IMG/VR virus record: IMGVR_UViG_3300009151_000071
Coordinates: 782-64,781 of that record
Source: a virus
Lineage: Duplodnaviria > Caudoviricetes
DNA: 64,000 nt
Reading direction: 5' to 3' (one strand)
Position 1 is the stretch's first letter; each line of letters starts with the position of its first letter. The translations under genes were made by a program, and so were the position numbers. Under the pieces are notes generated by a model. It searched no databases, had not been told where the DNA came from, and worked only from the letters and a program-made list of their open reading frames with translations. Positions 1-9,607 of the stretch are shown here, one piece after another.

Positions 1-15
1 TCATCTAAAAACATT

Positions 16-1011
16 TTAAGTACTCATCTTTGATTTTTTAATAGCATTGGCTAATTGTTGAATTTGGCTAGGATCGCCATTGGCCAATAAGTCTTCCATT
101 TCCTGCCCAAGACCCATTGCAGTCTTTTTAGCAGTCTGATCCATTCCGTTGCCAGTTTGATTAGCATCTGGATTATTTGTAGTTGCTACAGTTGCTTTGG
201 CAGCGGTGCTTACACCTTGTGGTAATTCTACTCCTGCCGATTTCAATTTGCCTAAATTTTGCTGTGTTGTGTTTATTTGTTTTGCGGTTTTTGCCGCATC
301 AACTGGATTACTTGTGCCAGCAGTTGGCGCACTTGTCCCGCCTGTAGTCATACCGTACTCAGTTAATCCTTTTGTACGTTTTGTTTCTTCCCACCGGGCA
401 CGTAACTTGTCTGCTAAAGTCACTGGAGCATCGCATTCACCAACTAATTTAGAGTAACGAGCACCAGCAGGGTCGGTGCCTGCCATCTTGCCTACAAACG
501 TAGTACCTGTGTCGCAAGTTTCAGCAAATTGCTGATTCTGTGCAACTTGCTGACTTGGTGGAACGCTTGCGGCTGGCGCAGTTGTTCCCGTCGGAGGCGG
601 ATTTTTTTCTACCCATTGCACTACTTTTGTTTTTAATGCATTTGGGACACTATCATTGCCTTTAGTAAATTCAACAACATCCATGGATCGCTGACCAACA
701 ATGGCAACATCATGGCCACCTTTTTGTGCAATTGACCCGGCCATGGCGCCCTGTACCGCTAAGAATTTTTCAAGTCCAAGTGTTTTAGCAGTCTGCGGCG
801 TAACCCAGGACATCGATGTAAAACTAACACCATCTGCAGAAGCTTGACCGCCGCCAAAAATACCTTGTGTGCCTCTGTAGTCTGCTTTTAAGTAATTGCC
901 ATCGGGCATTTTAAAATATACAGTACGTGGAGCCAATGTGTCAAGTTCGTTTAACGCACTTTCGTTAAGACGTTTAAAGATGCCTAAAATGTTATAAAAA
1001 TTATTATCCAT
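16..1011 (-). CDS. Hypothetical protein, possibly prohead core/internal head protein
   Basis: 331-aa ORF with low-complexity Ala/Thr/Gln tracts and L/I-x-E motifs (RLNE, GLTE) of the kind cut by T4-type prohead proteases. Confidence 0.55.
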   Translation of the reverse strand: MDNNFYNILGIFKRLNESALNELDTLAPRTVYFKMPDGNYLKADYRGTQGIFGGGQASADGVSFTSMSWVTPQTAKTLGLEKFLAVQGAMAGSIAQKGGHDVAIVGQRSMDVVEFTKGNDSVPNALKTKVVQWVEKNPPPTGTTAPAASVPPSQQVAQNQQFAETCDTGTTFVGKMAGTDPAGARYSKLVGECDAPVTLADKLRARWEETKRTKGLTEYGMTTGGTSAPTAGTSNPVDAAKTAKQINTTQQNLGKLKSAGVELPQGVSTAAKATVATTNNPDANQTGNGMDQTAKKTAMGLGQEMEDLLANGDPSQIQQLANAIKKSKMST

Positions 1012-1208
1012 TACTTAACCTTAGAGGCTTTAACACCTTTAACTATGCCGCCAGGACTTAGTTGATTGGTATAACCATGAAGTCGTTTGTTTACTTCTTT
1101 TTGTGTAAACGTGCCTTTTTCACCTAGTGTTTGCATAGCTACAGCAACACTTGGGCTACCTGTTGCGCCAGCCGACGCTTCTTCTTTAATAAATTCTTTA
1201 CTGTTCAT
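1011..1208 (-). CDS. Small hypothetical protein (MNSKEFIKEE N-terminus, possible internal head protein)
   Basis: 65-aa ORF with TAAATA upstream; stop overlaps next start (TAATG). Confidence 0.6.
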   Translation of the reverse strand: MNSKEFIKEEASAGATGSPSVAVAMQTLGEKGTFTQKEVNKRLHGYTNQLSPGGIVKGVKASKVK

Positions 1209-1229
1209 GATTTTTCCCTGTTACTATAT

Positions 1230-1511
1230 TTATTCGGTTATTGTAAACTCGTCGCTAGAAGCAACTCCATCTACTTGTATGTTTTTAGCTTCAATTCTTG
1301 AAGTAAACGTGTTACTTGCCAATGGCCTAACTTCTACATTGTGTAGTCCCGACTCTAGATCAACAACAATATGTTCTCTAATGTATGTATCTGTGCCCGA
1401 CCATAGAAATGTGCGTTCTGTTACTAATTCATCATCAATGTACACACGATAAACTGGGGGTTTATCTCCCCAATGTGCATATACGTCTACAGTAACTTCG
1501 TGTCTATTCAT
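1230..1511 (-). CDS. Hypothetical beta-sandwich protein
   Basis: 93-aa ORF coupled to upstream gene (ATGA overlap); P-x-Y-x-x-x-x-D-D-x-L motif shared with 2444..2890. Confidence 0.6.
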   Translation of the reverse strand: MNRHEVTVDVYAHWGDKPPVYRVYIDDELVTERTFLWSGTDTYIREHIVVDLESGLHNVEVRPLASNTFTSRIEAKNIQVDGVASSDEFTITE

Positions 1512-2413
1512 TTTGCACCTCTACCGATACTGCCATTGACAGCACGTTGCCGTGTTGGTCCACCGGGACTTTTACGACCTACTAGCCCGTATGCTTGCAT
1601 TTCTTTGTTTAGGGTATTACCATCTACATCATTTTGGTCGCCCATTGTAGCCATACAATAACGTGGATCTTTACTGCCTTTAACTACACCAACTCCAGCC
1701 GCTTCTTCAGTTACTGGCTCTACCACTTGCCCACCTGCAGGTTTGACTGTCTTGGGTAGGGTATTAGGTCTTGAAACTTCTTTAGGTGCCGCAGGTGCTA
1801 GTTTACTAGTCAGTAGCTGTTCAGCTTCGGCAGTATAACGGCCAAACAAATCTTTAACAATGCCTTGACGTGTTTTTTCATCAGCGGCCACATACATTTT
1901 CCGCAACTCTGTGCCCGACTGCATTGGCTGTCCTAATACATCAAAATTAAATGTAGGAACAGTCATAATATAACCGTGTTCCTTCATTGACTTGGTATCT
2001 TTAATATTACGTAGTGGTTGGAAATACGGCTCGGAGCCATCTTTCTTGGGTTTAAAACTAAATCGTGGATCTTCTGCCATGTCTTTTTCAGACACAGCAA
2101 ATATAACTACAGTACTGGTAGGGTCAACTTGTATATTACTAGTTTTCAATATACTTTCAATTTGATACGGATTAGCGGCCTGCACAATGCGGTCACCGGG
2201 TACACCAGTTAACTGCATAAAATATGCTTTTTCTGCAAAGGAGAATGGGCTCTTTGGTTGTTCTACTTTATTACTAGTAGCAATGAATACATTGTTGCGG
2301 CCAAATTTGCCAGTTAGATACTCGTACACCGCATGGTGCCCTTTGTGAAAGGGCTGAAACCTGCCGGGGTAAATTACAAGTACTGTTGGTTCTGCTAGCT
2401 CATTAATAAACAT
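1508..2413 (-). CDS. Cytidylyltransferase-like (HIGH-motif) nucleotidyltransferase
   Basis: YPGRFQPFHKGH (HxGH) motif near the N-terminus; SGTELR (SxTxxR) motif near the end of the domain. Confidence 0.8.
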   Translation of the reverse strand: MFINELAEPTVLVIYPGRFQPFHKGHHAVYEYLTGKFGRNNVFIATSNKVEQPKSPFSFAEKAYFMQLTGVPGDRIVQAANPYQIESILKTSNIQVDPTSTVVIFAVSEKDMAEDPRFSFKPKKDGSEPYFQPLRNIKDTKSMKEHGYIMTVPTFNFDVLGQPMQSGTELRKMYVAADEKTRQGIVKDLFGRYTAEAEQLLTSKLAPAAPKEVSRPNTLPKTVKPAGGQVVEPVTEEAAGVGVVKGSKDPRYCMATMGDQNDVDGNTLNKEMQAYGLVGRKSPGGPTRQRAVNGSIGRGAK

Positions 2414-2443
2414 AGTAATAGGTCTCTATTACTATATTTATCT

Positions 2444-2890
2444 TTAGATGTTTTCCAGTAGCCAAATGTAAAATGGGCTTTCAAACGGCAACGTCCATGT
2501 TCCGTTCCAACCTAGGTCAACACACTTGTCTAGCACCGGGCGATTTGAGTCATCGCCTACAAACTCGCTCTTTGTAAACACCAAGTTACCGAGATCAATT
2601 TCGTCAATTTCTACAGTTTTAATGTTTAGCAATAAGTCTTGTAGTATTGCAGTTTTATCTGCATTTTGTACTACATCAGTGTCGTCTTTGTTTTCTAGAC
2701 GAATTTGTAATCGAGCAGGGCCCTCATCGAGCTCTGCGTCGAATTCGATAATGTCAACTTCACCACTTGGGCTTTTAATTTCAGTAGTTTGTATAAGTTG
2801 ATCATTTACTAGAATACTATAAATGGGAACCTTACGCCAATACGTACCGCCAATACCAAGTTTAAAGTGAAGCTTTTCTTTATCTGTCAT
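2444..2890 (-). CDS. Hypothetical beta-sandwich protein
   Basis: 148-aa ORF ending F-x-S-P-F-Y-I-W-L-L-E-N-I. Confidence 0.6.
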   Translation of the reverse strand: MTDKEKLHFKLGIGGTYWRKVPIYSILVNDQLIQTTEIKSPSGEVDIIEFDAELDEGPARLQIRLENKDDTDVVQNADKTAILQDLLLNIKTVEIDEIDLGNLVFTKSEFVGDDSNRPVLDKCVDLGWNGTWTLPFESPFYIWLLENI

Positions 2891-2903
2891 TTTAATTCCT
2901 AAA

Positions 2904-3770
2904 TTAGGTTGCTGGAGTCTCTACTCTAGCACCTTGTGCGGCTAAGGTATCTTCAATGATACCGATACTACCACGCTTACCGATAGCAATCTTATCTAGG
3001 TCACCGGCGTATTCATAATGTCCAACGTGGTTCAACAATACTTTACTATGTGCCCAAATCTCGCCACCGATTCGTTGCCATCTACGGCAGAATAACCAGT
3101 CTTCGCTTAGATAATGTCCACGCTCGTCAATTTCGCAATCAAAGATTGAATACATCATTGGCTCATACTGCTTGCCTAACCCTACATCATCTACATATTT
3201 GCACTCTGGATGTGCGGCAATTAGTTTTTCATATACGTTGCGTTTGAACATTAAGAAACCTGTACCCATTGTGTCAACTGTAAAGATGTCACCTTGGATC
3301 TTTGTTTCTGGTTTCAAGTTAATAACATAATTAACTGGCAGGGCTTTCTTAGGATACAATCCACCAATAACTTCTTTTTCGTATGCCATCATCTGTAGAA
3401 TACTTTCTGGTTGGAAACGAATGTCTGCATCAATGAACATAAAGTGCGTGGCTTCTTTATTGGTCATCATTTTGGCCATTAAGTTGTTACGAGCACGGGT
3501 AACTAATGATTCGTTAACCATTGTATCTAGGCTCCAGTTAAGTCCGGCTTGTTGTGCCAATAGAGTAAAGCGCAAGAAACTAGTCATAGTAGGTTCGCTT
3601 ACCATGCCACCGTAGCAAGGAATACCAATATGCAAATGGTTCTTACGGAAATCGTACGGTGTTCCTTGTTGCTGTTCTGGCTGTGGTTGTGCCGCTAAGG
3701 CTTTTTGTTTTGCGGCAGCTTCTTTGATCATCGCTACTGCGTCTTTTTGACTGACTTTTTTATCGCTCAT
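2904..3770 (-). CDS. GT-A fold (family 2-like) glycosyltransferase
   Basis: IGIPCYGG, ESLVTRARN, FMFIDADI (DxD), GTGF and SEDW motifs. Confidence 0.8.
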   Translation of the reverse strand: MSDKKVSQKDAVAMIKEAAAKQKALAAQPQPEQQQGTPYDFRKNHLHIGIPCYGGMVSEPTMTSFLRFTLLAQQAGLNWSLDTMVNESLVTRARNNLMAKMMTNKEATHFMFIDADIRFQPESILQMMAYEKEVIGGLYPKKALPVNYVINLKPETKIQGDIFTVDTMGTGFLMFKRNVYEKLIAAHPECKYVDDVGLGKQYEPMMYSIFDCEIDERGHYLSEDWLFCRRWQRIGGEIWAHSKVLLNHVGHYEYAGDLDKIAIGKRGSIGIIEDTLAAQGARVETPAT

Positions 3771-3795
3771 TGATTACTTTCTTTTGGTTAATTGA

Positions 3796-3960
3796 TTAGG
3801 CTGTTGTTATTTCAACTAGTGTGCCTGCACCGGCTAGTTCAACTACGACTGCTTCTAAACTTGTAATTAGATCTTCAGTTAGTGCTGTTCCAGCTTCTTC
3901 TGAATCCTTAATTAATTTGCTAATTTTGATTACTAATACGTCTTCTTGTAATTTTGCCAT
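3796..3960 (-). CDS. Small hypothetical protein, 54 aa (MAKLQEDVLVIKISKLIKD...), absent from ORF track
   Basis: ATG preceded by GGAG; TAAATA late-promoter motif upstream; fills the intergenic gap. Confidence 0.7.
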   Translation of the reverse strand: MAKLQEDVLVIKISKLIKDSEEAGTALTEDLITSLEAVVVELAGAGTLVEITTA

Positions 3961-3988
3961 CACGGGCTCCTTGAATATATACTACTAT

Positions 3989-4717
3989 TTATTCTAGGAT
4001 GACCAGCTCATGAGAATTTAATACCACACCAGGTTTTATCAAGTTTAAAAATGTAATGATACTTAAATCGTTTGAGTAAAGGTATAAATTCCACACAAAC
4101 CCAGTTGATTTACGCAACATCTCTAAACCGGTTGCAGACACTTTAATATCGTCTGTCCCAAAATTACTCAAAAAGGCCAAAAGATTATTTTTATCTTCCG
4201 TGGTGTATCTTCCATCTTTGATAATAATTTTGTATCGGTAACCAATATCTTTTTTTCGTATAATTGCGCCTGAATTTAATAACAATTCTGCCTGGCTGTT
4301 TGCTGGACCAGCTACACTTTCAAGGTTGCCAACAAATGGATTTAGTGAACCAGATAATAATTCAAATAATTCCTCCTGGGTGTTGGCATAGAACTGTATG
4401 TGTGGTTCTTCAACTCGTAGTTTGATACCTGCAGGGTTTTTTCTAATACCACGTACTACTTCCAGCAATGGTATATTTGCATTATCTATGTCTTTGCTGT
4501 TACGCAGACCCCAATAGCCACCGTAATTGATATGCTTGTTCATTTCTTTACGTGATGCTAATGCTTCAGTTAAATCTCCATGGTTATCGATCAGTCGACC
4601 CGCTGGGCAGTATATAGCCACCCTATACAGGTACTTTCCAAAATACTTTTTAGTAGTGTGTTCTACAGTTATTTTAGGATTGAACTGAATCCACTTGGAC
4701 ATATCCATTTGCATCAA
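3989..4717 (-). CDS. Hypothetical protein
   Basis: 242-aa ORF overlapping the end of clpA. Confidence 0.6.
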   Translation of the reverse strand: MMQMDMSKWIQFNPKITVEHTTKKYFGKYLYRVAIYCPAGRLIDNHGDLTEALASRKEMNKHINYGGYWGLRNSKDIDNANIPLLEVVRGIRKNPAGIKLRVEEPHIQFYANTQEELFELLSGSLNPFVGNLESVAGPANSQAELLLNSGAIIRKKDIGYRYKIIIKDGRYTTEDKNNLLAFLSNFGTDDIKVSATGLEMLRKSTGFVWNLYLYSNDLSIITFLNLIKPGVVLNSHELVILE

Positions 4718-6962
4718 TCATTGGTAACGCTGGAGTAAATTGACCCAGCACATTAAATTTAAATACATCTTCTAACCAATCCACTTCGATAATGGTGTGA
4801 GCTGGAATAGTTTCGAACAAAATCTTTTTACTCAGTGGCACTTTAATTAAGTCGCTAATCTTACGACCCAATGGTCTAGCACCCATCTTGCTATTGTAGC
4901 CAACTTTGGCCAGGTGATCTACTGCGACCTCGGTTAGACGAATCTTTATCGACTTTTCACTGAGTAGATCGTTAATTTCGTTAATGAACTTGGCAACAAT
5001 CTTCTTGATACTTATTTCGTCCAGTTTATTAAACTTGCAAATACCATCTAAACGATTGCGGAACTCGGGCTTAAAGAAGTCTTTGACTGCTTTGTCATCT
5101 TCTCCGGATTTTTCCAATTGGCGACCAAAGCCAATATTGTTCTGTTCGTTGGCACTGGCACCCAAGTTACTGGTAAGAATAACAATAGCGTTACGTGCAT
5201 CTGCTTTCTTACCGTTACTTGAAGTAATAATACCTTCGTCCATCAACTGTAACAAAATATTAGTTACATCCGGATGAGCTTTTTCAATCTCATCAAATAA
5301 AATAATGCAGTTGGGATTTTTCTCGATATCACTGATTAACAAACCTCCACCTAGGTTACTATCATCGTAACCAACGTATCCGGGTGGCGCACCAATGAGT
5401 TTGGCAAGAGCATGTTTCTCTTGAAATTCACTCATATCGTACCGCAACAGTTTCATCCCCATACCTTCGGCGAGCAATTTTGCTAACTCAGTTTTACCTG
5501 TTCCTGTTGGTCCCAAGAATAGGAAGTTACCAATTGGCTTGTTCATTGCTTTCAAGCCAGCCCTTGCTACGTAAATCTTTTCTAATACGGTTTCTATTAC
5601 AACATCTTGCCCAAACAACTTAGTTTTAACTGTTTGTTCCAAGTCTACTAGAGTCTTAGTTGATTCGCTACCAATTTGTTCGGCTGGGATCTTTGTGAAC
5701 TTGCTAATAATATCAACAATGTGATTTTTACGGCAAGTCCATGCCATTGCGTTAATTTTTAATTTAGCACACGCAGTATCAATTAAGTCAATGGCTTTAT
5801 CTGGTAATTTCTTGTCTGGTTGATAGCGAACTGATAAGTCTACTGCCGAATCAATTGCTTCATCACTGATTTCACCTCCATGGAATTTTTCAAAGTATTC
5901 ACGTAAGCCACGTAGAATATCTTTAGCAACTGCCGGCGTTGGCTCTTCAATGGTCATACGACAGAATCGTCGCATCAAGGCGCGATCCTTTTCAAAACTT
6001 TGTGTGTATTCTTGCCAGGTAGTACTGGCAAGAACTTTAATGTTACCTTTGGTCAGTGCCGGCTTGATCATGTTGGCAAAGTCTACACTACTGTTACTTC
6101 CAGATCCAGCACCACGCATTTGGTGTGCTTCATCTATAAACAGGATAGTCTTGCCCTTGGCATTTAATGCGCCAATAACATCTTTAAACTTTTCTTCAAA
6201 TTCGCCGCGATACTTGCTACCGGCAAGTAAACTAGCAATGTCTAAGCTATAGACCACGTAGTCACGTAGGTATTCAGGAACACGTCCTTCTGTGATGTTA
6301 CGAGCAAGTCCTTCGGCAATAGCGGTCTTACCTACACCAGCATCGCCTACCATTAATACATTTGATTTGTTGCGTTTAGCAAGTACCTGTGCAATTTCAT
6401 CCAGTTCAAACTCACGTCCTACCACAGGATCAATCTTGCCTTCTTTGGCCTGAACGTTTAAGTTTTCGCAGTATTCTCGCAGGATGTCGTCTGCACGGGC
6501 ATCTGGATTGATACGACGCCCTTTGTTTTCGACATAGTATTGATTGTAGAAATCAACAATCTGACTGCGCTCTAGTCCGTACTTGACAAAAAAGTAACTG
6601 GCATGACTGTTTGCTTCACTTGCGATACTTAAGAAGATATCAATGATTTGTACATGATGACGACCGCTAAACAAGACTTGTGTGAACGCACGATTAAACA
6701 CCCGCTCTAGACTGTGTGTTTTCTTTGGTACATTGTTATCTTGTGTGTTGGCAATGTATGTTTGTTTTTGTAAATAATCTTCTAAGTCTGATAGAAGACC
6801 TTCTGTGTCTGCCCCAAATGCTAATAGCAGATCATGAAATGGTTTATAGCATACTAGTCCATGAGCTAAATGTTCTAAGGTTACATATTCGTGATTAAAC
6901 TTTTTGGCTAACTCGGTTGCATTAGCAATTACTACTTCTATTTCTGGGTTCGGTTGGATCAT
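4674..6962 (-). CDS. clpA: ATP-dependent Clp protease ATP-binding subunit ClpA
   Basis: Clp N-domain (HEYVTLEHL); Walker A motifs GDAGVGKT and GPTGTGKT; GSKYRGEFEE; LIGAPPGYVG; IGF ClpP-docking loop; no ClpB middle domain. Confidence 0.92.
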   Translation of the reverse strand: MIQPNPEIEVVIANATELAKKFNHEYVTLEHLAHGLVCYKPFHDLLLAFGADTEGLLSDLEDYLQKQTYIANTQDNNVPKKTHSLERVFNRAFTQVLFSGRHHVQIIDIFLSIASEANSHASYFFVKYGLERSQIVDFYNQYYVENKGRRINPDARADDILREYCENLNVQAKEGKIDPVVGREFELDEIAQVLAKRNKSNVLMVGDAGVGKTAIAEGLARNITEGRVPEYLRDYVVYSLDIASLLAGSKYRGEFEEKFKDVIGALNAKGKTILFIDEAHQMRGAGSGSNSSVDFANMIKPALTKGNIKVLASTTWQEYTQSFEKDRALMRRFCRMTIEEPTPAVAKDILRGLREYFEKFHGGEISDEAIDSAVDLSVRYQPDKKLPDKAIDLIDTACAKLKINAMAWTCRKNHIVDIISKFTKIPAEQIGSESTKTLVDLEQTVKTKLFGQDVVIETVLEKIYVARAGLKAMNKPIGNFLFLGPTGTGKTELAKLLAEGMGMKLLRYDMSEFQEKHALAKLIGAPPGYVGYDDSNLGGGLLISDIEKNPNCIILFDEIEKAHPDVTNILLQLMDEGIITSSNGKKADARNAIVILTSNLGASANEQNNIGFGRQLEKSGEDDKAVKDFFKPEFRNRLDGICKFNKLDEISIKKIVAKFINEINDLLSEKSIKIRLTEVAVDHLAKVGYNSKMGARPLGRKISDLIKVPLSKKILFETIPAHTIIEVDWLEDVFKFNVLGQFTPALPMIDANGYVQVDSVQS

Positions 6963-6970
6963 AAATTTAT

Positions 6971-7816
6971 TTATTGTGTATTAAGGATTGAACGTACTAA
7001 ATCTAACTGCTCTTGCGATAAATTTTGTGGTACTGCTATGGCTAATTCTACATATAAATTACCTCGTTGAGACGAGTTCATTATATATAACCCTTGTTCA
7101 GCTAATCGAAATTTCATACCAGGCTGTGCGCCAGCTGGTAATGTTAATTCGAATATTTTGCCATCTAAGCCATCTACAGTAACTTTGCCACCTATTGTTG
7201 CTAGTAAGCAGTTTACACTAATCTTGGTGTGTAAGTCAATGCCATTGACAATAAAATTGTCCGCATTATGAACATTTATTTGAACATACAAATCACCTCT
7301 TGGAATGGTGTTAAATAGATTATCACCTAACCCTGAATATCTAATACTAGTTCCGTTAGTTATACCACGTGGTATTTTAACTTCAACTGTAGTAGTTTCG
7401 CCACTAGTAGTTTTTACCTGTACTGTTTTAGTTTGTTCTTCTAGTGTAGTTACTAACGGAACTGGAATTTCAATACGTAGATCTTTATTACGACGTTGTT
7501 GCGGTCTCTGATGAAATTCAAATGGGCTCCCACCAAATCCAAACCCACGGAATATGTCGGCTATATCTGGGTGACTCATATCACCACTGTGGAAATGGAA
7601 TTGTGTGCCACCACCGCCAAATCCATTTTGTTGCATATCATATTGTTGACGCTTATTAGTGTCACTTAACGTATCGTATGCTGATTGAATTTCTTGGAAT
7701 TTAGTTTTGTCGCCGCCCTTGTCTGGGTGGTGTTGACTTGCCAGCTTACGATAAGCCTTTTTAATTTCATCAGGTTTGGCGTCTTTGGCAACGCCAAGAA
7801 TTTCGTAATAAGTCAT
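6971..7816 (-). CDS. DnaJ/CbpA-class co-chaperone (J domain plus C-terminal domain, no zinc finger)
   Basis: YYEILGV...KKAYRKLA...HPDKGG J domain; G/F-rich linker; GDLYV motifs. Confidence 0.9.
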   Translation of the reverse strand: MTYYEILGVAKDAKPDEIKKAYRKLASQHHPDKGGDKTKFQEIQSAYDTLSDTNKRQQYDMQQNGFGGGGTQFHFHSGDMSHPDIADIFRGFGFGGSPFEFHQRPQQRRNKDLRIEIPVPLVTTLEEQTKTVQVKTTSGETTTVEVKIPRGITNGTSIRYSGLGDNLFNTIPRGDLYVQINVHNADNFIVNGIDLHTKISVNCLLATIGGKVTVDGLDGKIFELTLPAGAQPGMKFRLAEQGLYIMNSSQRGNLYVELAIAVPQNLSQEQLDLVRSILNTQ

Positions 7817-7832
7817 CTTAGTATTATAAATG

Positions 7833-7862
7833 AAAAAGCCGGCAGAGTCAAACTACCGGCTT
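7833..7862 (-). terminator. Intrinsic terminator
   Basis: aagccgg...ccggctt stem followed by a T run on the minus strand. Confidence 0.55.
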
Positions 7863-7879
7863 CCAAAATAATTAAAAAA

Positions 7880-8071
7880 TTATTTCTTTTTAGGAGTTGG
7901 TTTAGACGGTTTGTCGTCTGCAACCTTACCTGTAGATTCGGCCTTTTTATGCTTCTTGACTTTTTTAGTCTGAGTCGTGGATGGCTTCTTGTCTGCGGCG
8001 TATACAGGATTATTCCAAGATAGGAATGAAACACCTGCTACAACGCATAATGCCCAAAATAGTTTTTTCAT
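7880..8071 (-). CDS. Small secreted Lys-rich protein
   Basis: Signal peptide ending VYA-A; Lys-rich mature part; GGAG RBS. Confidence 0.7.
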   Translation of the reverse strand: MKKLFWALCVVAGVSFLSWNNPVYAADKKPSTTQTKKVKKHKKAESTGKVADDKPSKPTPKKK

Positions 8072-8091
8072 TTTACTGTCTCCTTAATGTA

Positions 8092-8622
8092 TTATAACAT
8101 AGGTTGTGAAAACTGTGGCACAACTTTTTGCCCAGAAGCATTAACAGATGGCGTTGACCCAAATGCTGGTGCTGGGCTACCAAAACTTGGTGCTGGTGTG
8201 AAACTACTTGCGCTGTTTCCGCCTAGTGGGGTATTTCCAAAACTTGGTGCTGGTGATGGGCTACCAAATCCACTGCTTTGTACTGGCGCTGGAGGTGTGT
8301 ATGTTGTACCCACTTGTGCGCCACCGTTGTTAGCACCACTTAGTTTTTCTTGTGTGCGACCGTAGGCACTAACACCAATAATAGCACCCATGGCAATGTG
8401 GAATAACCCTGCGCCTTGTAGTGTAATTGGTTGCCACTGTACGTTTACAGCACCGTGACCTAGGGTTTGTACAATCGACCATAGGATCGGGAACATAACA
8501 AAGTCAAACATACACACTACCATGTACATCCACCCCATCATTGGACGCCACTTTGAGTTCATCCAATCTTCTTTTTTCTTATCGCTGTCGCTCATTGCTG
8601 AGTACTCTTCTTTTGTTGGCAT
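8092..8622 (-). CDS. Holin, 3TM/GTA-type, with Pro/Ser/Gly-rich C-tail
   Basis: WRPMMGWMY...hydrophobic helices...G-x-x-A-Y-G-R-T-Q-E-K signature; last gene of the lysis cluster. Confidence 0.7.
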   Translation of the reverse strand: MPTKEEYSAMSDSDKKKEDWMNSKWRPMMGWMYMVVCMFDFVMFPILWSIVQTLGHGAVNVQWQPITLQGAGLFHIAMGAIIGVSAYGRTQEKLSGANNGGAQVGTTYTPPAPVQSSGFGSPSPAPSFGNTPLGGNSASSFTPAPSFGSPAPAFGSTPSVNASGQKVVPQFSQPML

Positions 8623-8649
8623 TTCTAGCTCCTTTAAATCTTATTATTT

Positions 8650-8907
8650 TTATGCCCAAGCGGCTATAGTTATCAGGCCGTTGATACATGTGTTTAGTGT
8701 TTCTTTAAATCGTAATTGACTCATATCTTCTAAGATAATTAGTTGACTTTGTGCATCACGCATAATTTCAGCTAAGTCTTCTTTTGATAATTGCCCTGCC
8801 TTAGCCTGTTCAACAATTTGATTAATATCATTGGCAAACTTACTAAATGTTGGATCACCTGAATTAGCCATAGCGGCCAGTTGTCCTTGTATTTCGTCTA
8901 GATTCAT
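8650..8907 (-). CDS. Hypothetical helical protein in lysis cluster
   Basis: 85-aa ORF coupled by ATGA overlap. Confidence 0.6.
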   Translation of the reverse strand: MNLDEIQGQLAAMANSGDPTFSKFANDINQIVEQAKAGQLSKEDLAEIMRDAQSQLIILEDMSQLRFKETLNTCINGLITIAAWA

Positions 8908-9308
8908 CTTGGTCTTTTTCCTAGTACGTGTTGTATTGTTTCTGCACTATGTTCAATGCTTTCAAGTTTTAATTTACAAAATAATGTTGGTACAGATGTG
9001 CCTTCTTTATAGCGTGTTCGTAATCCTTGTGCTATTTTATTTAATTCTTTACTAGCATTAACTCCGTTACTGTTAGTGGGAATCTGTTCTTCATAAAATT
9101 GAAACAATTGAGTCTTATCAGCAATTAGGATAGCATTAGCTTCGGCCATCATCTTGTTATCACATTGTTGTTTATAGATATAAGCATCAGTGCGAATTTC
9201 TGTAATAATACGATACTCGTTTGGATCAAACCCAGTCATCATATACGCATCATACACCGCACATCCATTCAATGATAATATGGCTAATAACACTATTAGT
9301 TTTTTCAT
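8904..9308 (-). CDS. Lipoprotein
   Basis: MKKLIVLLAILSLNGC lipobox. Confidence 0.75.
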   Translation of the reverse strand: MKKLIVLLAILSLNGCAVYDAYMMTGFDPNEYRIITEIRTDAYIYKQQCDNKMMAEANAILIADKTQLFQFYEEQIPTNSNGVNASKELNKIAQGLRTRYKEGTSVPTLFCKLKLESIEHSAETIQHVLGKRPR

Positions 9309-9607
9309 TTCTGTGCTTCCTCAAAAATGGTCTTTTGTACGTTGTACCATTGTTGCCATGCTTCTAACTTGTCCTTGAGGATATAATAAGATCCGTAGTT
9401 AGCATTAACGTTCTCTAATAGATCCGTTAAAGTTTTCTTGTCTGCAGGTAAAGGAGCTAGGTCACTTACCGGCGCTTTTAGCTCTTCCGGGACTGCCGGC
9501 CAACGCATTTTTACTTGCGTTGTTGTAGAGCATCCAAGCATCATCAGACAACTTACACTCAGCGTTAATAATATCACGCTTCGCTTCAATGTCGCGATTG
9601 TTGGCAT
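9305..9607 (-). CDS. o-spanin (Rz1-like lipoprotein)
   Basis: Lipobox (MLGC) then Pro-rich segment; overlaps the 3' part of the i-spanin in another frame. Confidence 0.75.
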   Translation of the reverse strand: MPTIATLKRSVILLTLSVSCLMMLGCSTTTQVKMRWPAVPEELKAPVSDLAPLPADKKTLTDLLENVNANYGSYYILKDKLEAWQQWYNVQKTIFEEAQK

